64,000 nt of DNA from Felis catus (lineage: Eukaryota), in contig NC_058368.1 in NCBI RefSeq assembly GCF_018350175.1, positions 77,688,001 to 77,752,000 on the forward strand. Direction: 5' to 3'. The translations under genes and the position numbers were made by a program. Positions 1 to 11,204 of this stretch are shown here, in pieces. How positions within the stretch are numbered: position 1 is the first letter of the stretch; each line of letters begins with the position of its first letter. The notes under the pieces are model-generated. The model saw nothing but the letters and a program-made list of their open reading frames with translations, searched no databases and was not told the origin of the DNA.

Positions 1-45
1 ATACTTGGTAGGAGTTTGTTGTTAAGCACTTCACTAAAAAAGGAC
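1..45 (-). pseudogene. Exon remnant (truncated by window): SFFSEVLNNKLLPS, start of an RGS-like domain
   Basis: Acceptor ctatttctctag|G; phase matches exon 325-390; resembles recalled RGS22 FSDLLNNKL and RGSL1 LTEVLLN. Confidence 0.65.
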
Positions 46-324
46 CTAGAGAAATAGTTAGTGACATTTAATTTGTTTTCGAATGTGCTTATTTAAATGT
101 GCCTCGCATAATCCGAGCAGTCCTTCTGGTAATATATTCACATCTGCATCTTCCAATTTTATTAGCAACATGAGGCACTTCCTTTTTAGTATTCATATTA
201 ACCGTCCTAAGTAATTTTCTTTTTAGTTGCGGTTTTCTCGGAATTATCTTTTCGTTTTTTCTTGCATATACTTGAGTACTTTGATATGTCTGAGATAAAA
301 ATTGATTATAAAATGCGGACTCAC

Positions 325-390
325 TTTGCTCATAAAATATCCCCCCAAAATCTTTTGCTAAGAATATTGAGGACAAATGTTCTGATTATA
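325..390 (-). pseudogene. Exon remnant: IIRTFVLNILSKRFWGDIL*AK
   Basis: Acceptor tctcttctttaccttag|, donor AAA|gtgagt; 66 nt, phase 2-2; in-frame TGA at 330-332. Confidence 0.65.
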
Positions 391-556
391 CTAAGGTAAA
401 GAAGAGATGTTCCCTAGGTGCTTTGCTTTAACTGAGCATTTTGACCTAGTCATTTTATTGTTTGTATGCAATGCTAACGTGGATTTTCATAAAGATTTGG
501 CTTATTTAAAGAGAAAAAAAATCTAGGTAGAGCAGTCTATGATTTGGTGTCCTTAC

Positions 557-647
557 CCCTTAGCAGATTTAAACTGATTGATAGATATAAGCTTGTAATT
601 TGATGTGGTCAATTCTACTGCCCACAAGTTGCCGGAGATTCTATCAG
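557..647 (-). pseudogene. Exon remnant: DRISGNLWAVELTTSNYKLISINQFKSAKG
   Basis: Donor GGG|gtaagg; acceptor cttctccgcccctccacaaag| (alternative start at 640); open frame phase-compatible with 325-390. Confidence 0.55.
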
Positions 648-731
648 CTTTGTGGAGGGGCGGAGAAGTGACGATCACGAACCCAGCAAACCAGAAGCCA
701 TCTGAACATCCTTACTTCTTAGTATACTTAC

Positions 732-811
732 ATTCTCCAAAGTGAAAGAAGAATGTTGGAATAGTCCAGAAAAAAATATGCTCATGAAAAATAAACGGGA
801 AAAAATAGAGC
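732..811 (-). pseudogene. Exon remnant: SIFSRLFFMSIFFSGLFQHSSFTLEN
   Basis: Acceptor tttattctag|, strong donor AAT|gtaagtat; 80 nt; fits the late helices of an RGS fold. A second frame is also open. Confidence 0.6.
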
Positions 812-881
812 CTAGAATAAACCTTGAATAAATTCACATGATCCTTAAACCTCTTACTTGTTTCAATGGGCTATACTAGAC

Positions 882-953
882 CTGTGTCTTGACTTAGATT
901 TATATGGGTTGTTCCATTTTCCACAACAAATTGTTCTTTTTCTTAATTGTTTT
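882..953 (-). pseudogene. Exon remnant: EQFVVENGTTHINLSQDT
   Basis: Acceptor tgttgtcctag|, donor CAG|gtctag; 70-nt intron to the next exon; matches the RGS pattern 'F(I/V)..gap..INL..t'. Confidence 0.6.
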
Positions 954-1104
954 CTAGGACAACAGTAACATTTTTATACAGGTCCTTTTCAAAATAAAAA
1001 AAAATTAAAACTCTTTTTCTTACTGCTTTAAGGAACCTGCAGCTTACCCATTAGCTTCAACAATTATCAATATTTTGCCGATCTTATTTCATCTACTATA
1101 CGCA

Positions 1105-2050
1105 TATTTTTTTTCTTTTTTACCTTGAAATAATTATAGATTCACAGGAAGATGGCACGCAAAACAGAAACACCACAATATACAAGTTCCCTGCACTGTT
1201 CACCAAGCTTCCTGCACTGGTACATCTTATGTAATTACAGCCTCCGACCAAAACAGAAACCTGACCAACTGACATGGGGATAATCCACAGAGTTTTTTCA
1301 GGTTTCATCAGTTTTACAAGCACATGTGTGTGCACCTACGTATGTGTGTGCATGCACGCACATGCATGGTCTGTGCAATTTTATCACTTGGGTAGCTTCA
1401 TGTAAGCACCACTACATTCGAGATACAACTGTTTCATACTCCCTTCTACTAGTTCATGATAGGCACACCCACACCCTCTCTCTACAGCCCCTACTTCCTA
1501 AAAACCACAGATCTGTTCTTCGTCTCGATGACTTTATTATTTCACAAATGCCACACAAGTGGGGTCATATAGTATGCAGCCCTTTGAGACTGGCTTTCCC
1601 ATTCAGTAGAAGTCCTTTGAGATTCTTCCCAGTAGTTGCTTATGTTTGTTATTTTTTATGATAACGTATGTGATTTTTTTTTTATTATATCATCTGGATA
1701 TACCACTGCTTGCTTAACCATTTACTCATCGAAGGGCATGTGGGTTGTCTCCAGTTTGGGCTACTACGAATAGAGCTTTTATACCCATTCACGTACTGTG
1801 TTCGTGCGAACACAAATTTTCATCTCTCTGGGGTAACTGCTGGGTCACATGGCTGGTGCGTGCTTAGTTTTAATAGAAACCGGCAAGCTGTTTTCTAGAA
1901 TGGCTGTGACATTCTACATTCCTCCTGGCAGTGTATGAGTGCTTCCATTTCTCTGCATCTTCACCAGCATTTGGAGTTATCACTATGTTTTCATTTTTGC
2001 CATTCTGATAGAAGTCTTGTGGTACATCACGGTGCTTTAATTTGCATTTC
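1105..2050 (-). mobile_element. Old L1 (L1M-type) 3' fragment
   Basis: Antisense L1 motifs: ttgaaataattatagattcacagga, ttgtctccagtttggg, tgtgacattctacattcctcctggcagtgtatgag, ttaatttgcatttc. Confidence 0.85.
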
Positions 2051-2233
2051 TGCCACAGCTCAGGGTGCCAAGCAGGAAAACTCATTTTTAATTTGAGTGA
2101 CCCCATCCACTTTCACCTGTGATTTATTTTTTAACTGGACTCTTGACCACCATGTTTTTAAAACTACATGTCACATTTATAGTTGGGACGGACTGCTTTT
2201 CATAGTCGAGAGGAATGCTAGTATGTTCTTTAC

Positions 2234-2346
2234 CTAAATCCATTTACTAATATTTTATGTTCTCATGTCCACCACATTTTGGTGTGTTTACACATTTCTG
2301 ATTATAAAGCGATTTACATTCAATAAGAAATACAAAAAAAAAATAC
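2234..2346 (-). pseudogene. Exon remnant: GIFFLYFLLNVNRF... (stops or frameshift later)
   Basis: Very strong acceptor tttttcttattcctttttcacctccttcag|, donor TAG|gtaaag; resembles RGS helix 4 'L.FW..VE.F'. Confidence 0.6.
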
Positions 2347-2419
2347 CTGAAGGAGGTGAAAAAGGAATAAGAAAAACACATGTCTAAAGACTCATCTCTT
2401 AGTAATTATCCCATACCCT

Positions 2420-2421
<2 letters not shown>

Positions 2422-2463
<42 letters not shown>
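2422..2463. repeat. (CA)n microsatellite
   Basis: Direct. Confidence 0.97.
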
Positions 2464-2466
<3 letters not shown>

Positions 2467-2670
2467 ACAAAATTGGAATTGTACTCTTTATATTTTGCTT
2501 CCTGCCTCTTTAAAATGTAATATACCATGACGTCGTTTCCATCATTATTATTCTATATTATTATTTTTCTTGGCAGCATAGCATTTCTTCTCATGGATGT
2601 AATATAATTTTTTGAGGGAATTTGCATTTTCTCAGTATTATAACCACTGCATTGGTGGCACCTTATTCAC

Positions 2671-2873
2671 CTGCCTTCGCAATATTGTACACTTATTTTC
2701 TGAGGTTCATTTCTCAGAAGAGATATTGTTTCCTCAAGGACTGTCTATAATTTATAACGGTTATTCCCCTCCGGCATTTTTCATGTCCCGGTTTGCTTAT
2801 TCTTCTACTGAAATAAAGAAATGGTAAGAGACTAAGTTGACTCTATGGCGAAATCTTCATCTTCCACATTGTC
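2671..2873 (-). pseudogene. Exon remnant: DNVEDEDFAIEST*...TVLEETISLLRNEPQK
   Basis: Donor CAG|gtgaat; acceptor gcttacag| (start 2873) or strong internal catttctttatttcag| (start 2807); multiple stops. Confidence 0.5.
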
Positions 2874-3702
2874 CTGTAAGCTCATTATTTACGTCCTCCC
2901 GATGAGACACATCTAGAACACCACTAAATAACTGCAGACTATGTCAGCTGTGCTGAGGCATTTGCGCACGAAGAGGTCTGGCAATGTCTGAAGGGATCAC
3001 GTGGTTCATTTTGAGCCAGTACCACGCGTGTTTGCCGTGTAAGAGCAGGAACCGCGACCTTTTTCTCACCATCACACACTTGGTGCCTAGCATCACTCGA
3101 CAAATAGTGGATGCGAAATAAATACTTGTCTGAGCGAATGAGGTACTGCGTGGGTGTCTGCAGTTCAAAAATGTGTGCTCAGCCCTGTTGTGAGCCCTTT
3201 CACGAGCAGGAATGTGTATGTGGCCAAGGGTCCACTCACCCGACAAGGAATAGACTTGTGTTCTGTGTGTGTGCGGAGCTCACGGGCGGCACCCACAATC
3301 ATATCTGCCCCCGTCTGAAGCCAGCCATCGGGTGTCAGGGCTCACAGCCATTACGTTCTCCAGCAGCCACAGGGCCCAGAACCTACCTGCCGGTCACAGC
3401 CCCTGCTCAAGGGCAGTGCGCTGTTTCCCCTCGACAGTTCTGGACTACACTTGGGAGGCATCACTAGGATCTTGCTGCATGCAGTCAGGAGCATTTAAAA
3501 GGCTTCTTATTCAACTCTTGGTCCTGAGGCATGGATGGCTGCTCCTTCAAATGCAGGGTGATTCTGACCCTTTGCTTTCTGTTTACCTCCTGCCCACCCC
3601 TCTGGCTCGAATTTGCTCCCTTTCTTTCTCATGTAGCATTTTCATTAGCCCAGCCTCTGACCTCCAGTCAGCCTCCCTGCTCTTTCTTGGTTCTACAGTC
3701 AC

Positions 3703-3892
3703 CCTGCGTCTTGGACCCACACAGCACATAACTTGGCTCCAGCTCGGCATCAAGCCACGTGTTTCAACAAGTGCCCGCTCATCGTGCGACGATGACTGGG
3801 GCTAATTTGACCGACAACAGGAACAAAATCATGCAGATATATCAAAGAGACTTGAATGTTTAGCAGCGTTCTTCTCTCTCCAATACTTTAAC
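3703..3892 (-). pseudogene. Exon remnant: LKYWREKN / LLNIQVSLIYLHDFVPVVGQISPSHRRTMSGHLL
   Basis: Acceptor atttctccttag|, donor AGG|gtgact; frameshifted; resembles recalled RGSL1 LWQDLQHFLSVL...FRHLLGDRI. Confidence 0.5.
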
Positions 3893-4159
3893 CTAAGGAG
3901 AAATTCTAGCATTAGGGGTGTTAGTCACATGGCATGGAAGGAGAGGAGATAATTTTTGATAGTCTGGTACCTTGAGTCACTTGGCTCCGCCTTAGTGTAG
4001 AGTTGGCCTTGTCCATGCAAGTGGAGACACAGAATATTTATTTAATATTTACATGGAAGAATGGGAAGGATGGTGTCCAAGATGGGTCATGGCCCGGACT
4101 GGTGGTCACATGCACATACACACGTTTGTGTTGTATTCCTACATTCTTGTATGCATTAC

Positions 4160-5760
4160 TGCTTCTTTCAATCATTCGAGAAGCATATAATGAGCACCTC
4201 CTACCTAACAGCCAGGAGCTGTTTTAGGTGACAAGGCATTTAGGACCCCATGATGGACCCACACTTGTGATTACAAGTAGCCCTGGGATTGCTTTTGAAA
4301 GTTAAATGTATGCAAGTGACATAAGAGACGTACAGGGTAGAGATTCAAGGGGCTGACGCTGTTAGCATGCCCCAAATAGGGTTCAGGTAGGCACTGGCCT
4401 TTTTCAAGGTGCTGTGATGGGAGCAGAAGAGCTCTTCCTGGCTATCCTCTGGATGCCTGCAGAGCCCAGCTGTGCTGTCTGAGCACTGCGCGAGTGCTGC
4501 AGCAGGCGGGAACACAGGACGGGTTGGGTGGAGTGTGAAACTGGAAGAAGCAATGGGGAGACGTCCTCATTGTCCAAACTAGAGAAGAAAGCCTGACCTA
4601 GATCATTGACAATGGAAGTATAAGAATGAAATGGATAAAAGGGAAGAGGTAACATTGCAGAGGGTATATTTGGAGGGTGGAAGAGAGAAAGAAATTATAG
4701 TGACTGAGGAGATTCAAGCAAGAATGCTGGTAGGATAGAATGATGCCTTTTCTTTGAAAAGTCCAGGAAGATAATGCACAAGCAGGCTGGTAGAGTAGGT
4801 AAAGAGAAATTTGCTTTTGATCCTGTTGTCAGGAGCATGGGGAGCATGGAGGTCAAGACTCCAATCTGCCCCTAGAGCTTAGGAAAGGGATCGGCGCTAG
4901 TAATGTAGGTTAGCGAACAAAACTGTGTTTAATAATAATAGCGAACGTCCACAGAGCTCTTAATATGTGTCAGATGCTATTCTCGGTCTTTTAAATATAG
5001 TAACTCATTTTATCATCAAAACAACCTATGCCATAGGTCTCATTAACGTTCCACATGTCACAGATAAGGAAACCAAGGCACACAGAGGCAGGATGCCTTG
5101 CTAGGATTCCACAACCAGTAAGTGGGCAGAGCGGACTGTCTCCCATGACCTCTCTCATCCACTATGGTGCAGGGGCCAATGTGGGCGGCAGCAGGTTTCT
5201 TCCAGGTGTTTGTCCAAGTAGAGGTGGAGGTTGACAGATGGCGATGGAACAGTGACAGGAATAAGGCACGAACTGAGCATATGACAGAAATGATGACGTG
5301 CCTTCCACCGCTGGTCCCCCTGGAAGCCCAGCCCGGTGTTGCATTCTATGTCTGAACGGAAGACAGATCCCAAGACTTCAGTCTAAGGGTCAGAGCCAAG
5401 ATCCAATGTGCTAGGTGGTGCCATTAAGGGGAGAGTGCAGCCAGAAATTAAACCTGAAAGAGCAGCTACAACCGAAAGACTGGGGGAAGCAAAAGAGTGA
5501 ATGAGAAAGACAGAGGAGGAATCATCCATCAGGAGGGGTGTGGGGAAACAAGAAGGTGCCAGTCCCAGAACCCTGGGGGACTGACAGGTTCCAGGACGAG
5601 AAGGTGGCTTCTGGCCAGCACGGGAGGGAGAAGGAAGACCGGGGAGGTGAGGACTGAGAATGGAATACAGGCATTGGAAAGACCTGATGAGCTTGAAGAC
5701 TGGGATTTTAATAGAGCCGTTGCTGCAGTGACACAGGAAAGCCAACTACAGGAGTGAGAT
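4160..5760 (-). mobile_element. Degenerate L2 fragments with an embedded MIR (~4930-5140)
   Basis: L2 tail ttcaatcattc..gagcacctcctac; purine-rich L2 body; MIR core acagataaggaaaccaaggcaca. Confidence 0.65.
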
Positions 5761-5877
5761 CACAAAACGGACGCATGAAGTTTAGGGTGCTTCCCAGTGT
5801 AATTTGGGGTGTGGAAATGATGAGGAGCCAGACGTGTGCCTGATGCAGGGCCAGAGAGATAGAGGGCAGAAAGCCAC

Positions 5878-5940
5878 CCTGTGGAAGGTGTCTTATGGAC
5901 GCCATGGGCAAATTCCCCCGCCTCCATGGCCTGAATCAGC
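5878..5940 (-). pseudogene. Exon remnant: RLIQAMEAGEFAHGVHKTPSTG
   Basis: Acceptor tttctcaattttag|; weak donor gtggct; open, phase 2-2; resembles the 'L..AL.Ad..AG.pF' lead-in recalled for RGS22/RGSL1 domains. Confidence 0.5.
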
Positions 5941-6914
5941 CTAAAATTGAGAAACGAAGTAAGGCTGTGCCAATCTCATTAGGCATCCCTAATAGTTATA
6001 AAGAGATAATTTGCAAGAAGATGAAAGAATCCAAATTCATGTTGCCAATACTAAATATTTAGCCAATGGAAAATATAGGCTTTGAATGGGCTGTGAAAAA
6101 CCTCAAAACGATGAGCTACATTTGAAATACTTTGTGCCCTGGAGATGATGTTTCAATCCCTGGCTGTGCCAGATGGGGTGTGAGTCACAGCACAGGAAAT
6201 AACACTGGATTTCATATTATTTTGCTTGCACAAAGGATGTGGACCTTCTGAGGCCAGTTCTCCTGTAGATGAAATGAAAACCCGAAGGGAGGCAATTAGG
6301 ACGGCCGGGCTCTGCTGAACAGCCCTTGAGTGCGGACCGCAGGCTGGGTCAGAGCTCCGTGGCAGGGCACCAGGGACGGCAGGAGCCTGCCAGCACATCA
6401 TCAGGCGGAAACGTCTGCTCCTCTTGTGCCAGAATGCAGATGCAGACACAAGGACCCCTCTGTGAGATTTATACCGCTGTGTAGACTCGTCGGTCGGGAT
6501 AGGAAGGTCTGGGATGAGTTAATTAGGTTCTCCCCATCTCCCCTCCTCGTTAATAGATTGCGGGTGTCTAAAGCCATCTTCTCTTAAAGCACATAGGCTA
6601 GATTAGATGCATTTAACGCTTTATAATAACATACTGTGCCCTGATCACTCAGGGGTTATAATCCCCAGAACAAACAACACCTAATAAGCCACGAGGGTGT
6701 GAAATAATACGAGCTTCCGGAATGACAGGGCATAGTGTCATTTTAAAAATAGGTACAACAAGAAGCATATTTAAATAAATGCTTGAGATAGTGCAGCCCG
6801 TTTCTTCTTTTCCTCCAGCACTTTTATTCTCTGTCCTTGCTGGTTTTCTCCTTCCTGCTTTGCACTTGAGTAGATCTCCCTTAACCAGGAAAATTATTTC
6901 TCTCTTGACTTCAC

Positions 6915-7031
6915 CTTATTTCTATGGTCTCTGGTCAGTTTCTTTCCTTTAACTAGCAGTCTTCTTAAATGAATACATCGTACATCATGCTTTTCAATTT
7001 TCCACCGTCTTTGTCTTTTTTTTCCCCATCC
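6915..7031 (-). pseudogene. Candidate exon remnant: GWGKKRQRRWKIEKHDVRCIHLRRLLVKGKKLTRDHRNK
   Basis: tcatttag| ... AAG|gtgaag; 117 nt open in phase 0. Confidence 0.4.
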
Positions 7032-7877
7032 CTAAATGACATTCGTGGCCCTAATGAGCAACAAAGGTCAAATGTGACCTTACTGGCCCAACATAGGGGA
7101 TCATCTTGGGCTTTATTTTTCGGGATGCGAATTCCAGGGACTGGGTACAGATCCCAACTCATCCTGCCTGCTTGCCCTCCGCTTGCCCTCTGCTTGCCTT
7201 TATAGTTCCCCTGATTTTGCGCTATTTTTTTTCTTCCTTGTTCCCTCACTCTCTGTCTCTCTCTCTCTCTCTTAACCCCATCTCTTTCCTTCTGTCATGC
7301 ACTCATGCACTTTATTCCATTGACTTCCTTGCTTCTTGCTTCCCCCACCCTCTCCCCCCAGCTCAACTCCACTCTTAGCACTCCTCAACAGTGTCTTTCC
7401 CAAACCATCTCTCTTGCTCTCACAGGTGGAACACTGGTGGCCCACAAGCCACATTGGTCCTGAAGAGATGCTTGTTTTTGCCTGCCAAGATTCAGTTAAC
7501 ATCGAGGCATGATGTTTAAACTGAGAGGTTTTTATACTCTGGCTTCCCCTGAAAACTTGAACAATCTAGATATATTTCTATGTCATAACCGGCTGAATGG
7601 CATCGTTCTGGACAGGAACACGATCTCTATGATCACCCCAAAGGCACCTCCAGCGATTGTCTACCATTCAGAGGATCTTCCTGTGACTCGTGACTACTGT
7701 TGTTATGGTTGTTGTTTGCGAGGAGTTAAATCTTTTTGTCATGAGGCAGATGAAAGACACTTCTGCACTATCACTGGTGTACGAGGTCTGGCTCGTGAGC
7801 ATTTTTATTAAATTCAATTGGAGTGGAATGGGAGTGCTTTTAATAAACCATTTTTTTTGTCTTACTGAGCAATATAA

Positions 7878-7878
7878 C

Positions 7879-7919
<41 letters not shown>

Positions 7920-7945
7920 CATACCTATACATATACATAACATAT
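7878..7945. repeat. (CATATA)n hexamer repeat
   Basis: Direct. Confidence 0.95.
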
Positions 7946-8061
7946 AACTGGAGACACCCCAGCTAAATTAAGTACTTAAATGTTAATATTTATTAAAAAT
8001 CACGAGTTCTGTCAGACACCTCAAAAATTCTATAATTAATTGCCTTATTTTTTATAAATAC

Positions 8062-8270
8062 TTTTTAAATTTATTTATTTATTTTGAGTCAGAGAGAGCG
8101 TGCACAAGCAGGGGTAGGGGCAGACACAGAAGGAGAGAGAGAATCCCAAGCAGGCCCCATGCCGTCGGCACAGAGCCTGACGCAGGGCTTGATCCAACAC
8201 ACCGTTAGTTCATGAACAGAGCCAAAATCCAGAGTCGGATGCTCAACTCACTGAACCAACCAGGCACCTC
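8062..8270 (-). mobile_element. Can-SINE
   Basis: tRNA-Lys-derived head, (GA)n and T-rich tail in reverse. Confidence 0.9.
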
Positions 8271-8287
8271 CCGCAAAAAAACAGACT

Positions 8288-8825
8288 AAGTTTTAAAGCA
8301 CTTTGAGGCTCACAGCAAAATTGACTAGAAGACAAAGAGAGTTCCCACATTGTCCTCACACGTGCACACCCTCCCCCATGTTCAACATCCGCCAGTAAAA
8401 TGGTGTTTTGACAAATGTACAATGACATGTATCCACCATGATAGCATCACACTCTGTAGTTTCACTGCCCTCAAAATCCTCCTGTGGTCCACCTATTCAC
8501 CCCTTCTTCCTTCCTAACTGTTGGCAACCACTGATCCTTTCCCTGTCTCCATAGTTCTACCTTCTGCTGAATGCCACAATCTCACAGAATGCAGCTGTGG
8601 ACTGACTTTTTTCACTTAGCAATATTGATTTAAGGTTCCTCCATGTCTGTGGCTTTCTTGTTTATTTCTTTTTAGCTCTGAATGATATTCCATCATCTGA
8701 TACCTGTTTATGTACTCACCAATTGGACATCCTGATCACTTCCAAGTTTTGGCAATTATGACGAAGCTATAAATATCCGTGTGCAAGTTTTTGCATGGAC
8801 ATGAGTTTTTGGCTCACTGGGTCAA
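8288..8825 (-). mobile_element. Old L1 3' fragment
   Basis: ggcaaccactgatcc..tgtctccatagtt, ttttcacttagcaat, ttccaagttttggcaattatg. Confidence 0.85.
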
Positions 8826-9126
8826 TGCCCTGGGTTGTCTTACCTCATTTTGCGGTCCTCCCTTTTCTAATGCAGGATTATCAAAAAGCTAGGTGGTGGG
8901 GGAGGGGAGCTGGGAGGACCTTCTTCGTTACTACAGACAGTGAACTGTCCGTGTCAGAGGGTGGAAAAATAGCCTAGAATTAGAATTTGTCAAGAGTTAG
9001 GGCTTCCGCTCTCTGGACACCCCTGTCCCCATTTAACTCAGAGCTTGAGCACGAGATATTTTTCACTGACGCGCAATGAACACATAAAAGCAAAAGCAAT
9101 GGTAAACACCCAGACCACACTACCAC

Positions 9127-9255
9127 CCAGATTTATGTTCCCCGTGACATTTATTATTATTTTTTTCAGAATTTGCTTCTTATCTGAGTAATCTAAGAAC
9201 TTAAGAATTCTTTGCTTGGGACCAGTAAGAATCACCCAAATAAATCAGACTGCAT
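9127..9255 (-). pseudogene. Candidate exon remnant: AV*FIWVILTGPKQRILKFLDYSDKKQILKKIIINVTGNINL
   Basis: Acceptor gtttcctttag|; donor uncertain; phase 1 start matches 10794-10851. Confidence 0.4.
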
Positions 9256-10793
9256 CTAAAGGAAACTCTCTGCTTAGCCTAGTTTAATAATATATTCAGA
9301 GGTTCTCAACAGTATTTCCAGGCCTTTTCTCCCTGGTGCACAAATGGGGAAACTCTTCCCACCACATGGGTTTCCAGTGGGAAGCTTCTTTTCAGTGATG
9401 GTACAGGTCTTAAGAACCCTCTGACCTCCTTGTGTAGTGGCACATTTCTTATTGGCCTTATTTCTTATTGGCCTTATTGGTTAAAAAAGCCCAACAAATA
9501 AATACTTTCCAAGCATGCTTAAAAATGAAACAGAAGTCCTCTATGATCAGGAGTGGTTAACTCTAGGAAAAGTCTATACGGATGGCATGTGAGAAGTGTA
9601 CTATCATGTTCATATTTTTTTTTAAAAAATGGTATTTAAAATCAAAGGGTGTCATCTCATTAGAGAGATGGGACTTGATCGATATGAACTTTCTGCCACA
9701 GCTGCCATAATATGCCTCCCATCACCACTGAGCAGCTCCGTAAGTTACTGTCTTTATTTAGTTCATAGTGTAAAATGGTAACATGTATATGGTATCTGTT
9801 GATCTGAGAACATAAGGCCACGATCAGGAGGAAGGTAACACACAGAAAGATTCAGTGATTAAATCATTGGAAAGAGTGTTTCCTCACTTAATTTTCCCAT
9901 TAAAGTCGAATAAATCCTGCTTTAATGGTAAAGAAATTTACATCCGAACAGTAACGGTCTGATTTAAAGTAAAACCCCTACATGAGGCGACGACACAATA
10001 GTGTATCTATGGAAGATGAGCACTGGAGGAGACATGCAAGGATTTGCTCTAAATCCCTCATTTTTGAGGAATCTAAAATCTGCAATGGTGAGGTGGCTCA
10101 CCCATGGTCACCCCATTAACTGGGCAGAGGCCAGGCAGAGCTGGTGTTCCCACTGGACCTATGAGAAGCACTGCATGTGAAATCAAGAAAACTGTGGAAG
10201 AACACTGAGATGTTCAGACATGCAGAACTAATATTGGTATCGATCTAATTGATGACATAATTTGTTAAGCAAATTTGCATCTACAAACAATGTGCTGAAG
10301 GCCAAGGATTTGTGGTAGGCAGGAGAGAAGCAGGAATGGATTCTATTCCCTAACTTGAATCCTTACAAGCATACAACCTTATTAGGATGATGCTTAATAT
10401 CCCATTTGCTGAACTGGTAGCTCTATCTTTCCACGCTGAGATAAAACAAAAGCATATATGTGTTTCTAAACATGTTACGAACTATTTATCGCTCAAACTA
10501 AATGGCCAGTTGAAGATAATAAGAACAGATGCAAACAGAAATCTAAGATAGTCTTTGAAACAAATGTTCTAACATTTGTTTTGGTTAAAAAAGCCCAACA
10601 AATAAATACTTTCCAAGCATGCTTCCATTGATTGATTGATTTATCTTTGGCAACCTTGTTCAAATTTCTCTCTCCACTTGTGCAAGTGCAGACTCTGGGA
10701 GTCTTCAGAGATATTTCCAAATGAAAACAGAGACATTGTCTCCACCTTGCCCACTCATTACGTTGTTCAGGACACGTGGTGTAACTGACCCAC

Positions 10794-10851
10794 CTTCTGC
10801 CACACTATCCTCGAGTAATCTCTCCTGCTCTATACTTATCCTTTCACTGCT
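10794..10851 (-). pseudogene. Candidate exon remnant: SSERISIEQERLLEDSVAE
   Basis: Long polypyrimidine tract (GAG acceptor, alternative CAG 5 nt inside); donor AAG|gtgggt; open. Confidence 0.45.
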
Positions 10852-11204
10852 CTCAAAAAACAAAGGAACAGGAAGAAAATAGTACAGAGGAAAACATTCT
10901 GCATTTATGCATTTATGCATTTGTTCATTTGTTTTGGGGTTCCAAAAAAAACCCATCTACTTAATGCTGATTTCGTCCTAGACACAATATGTGAAGACAA
11001 AGGCAAGGCATATCCTATGTCAGAAGAACAATTGAGTTTGTGCGGGGCAAATAAATAAGTGACCGGCCCTCACACATGGCATCATGAGCAATCTAGAGCC
11101 CCTACAGCAGGAGAGATAAGACAGTTTATTCAGTGGAAGGGACCAGAGAAGGTCTCTGGCAGAAAGACTACTTCAGCTGGTCTTCAACTAGCAAGAGTGA
11201 GCAA

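Noticed and set aside
330..332. TGA as selenocysteine or readthrough
   Set aside because: Neighbouring exons hold TAA/TAG stops and frameshifts; decay is the simpler explanation.
89..376. 95-aa minus ORF as a gene
   Set aside because: It starts inside exon remnant 325-390 in another frame and runs through the gtgagt donor into inferred intron.
557..2873. Kinase-like snippets (LEETISLLRN..VQY; NLRQL...DH...YQ)
   Set aside because: No VAxK, HRD or DFG motifs and wrong spacing; the RGS reading explains more exons collinearly.
3269..3805. Longest ORF (178 aa, plus strand)
   Set aside because: No ATG start and no recognisable domain; partly antisense to exon remnant 3703-3892.
7668..7947. HIHIHI/CICICI ORFs (also 19810-20191 and 34441-34803)
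   Set aside because: Translations of microsatellites.
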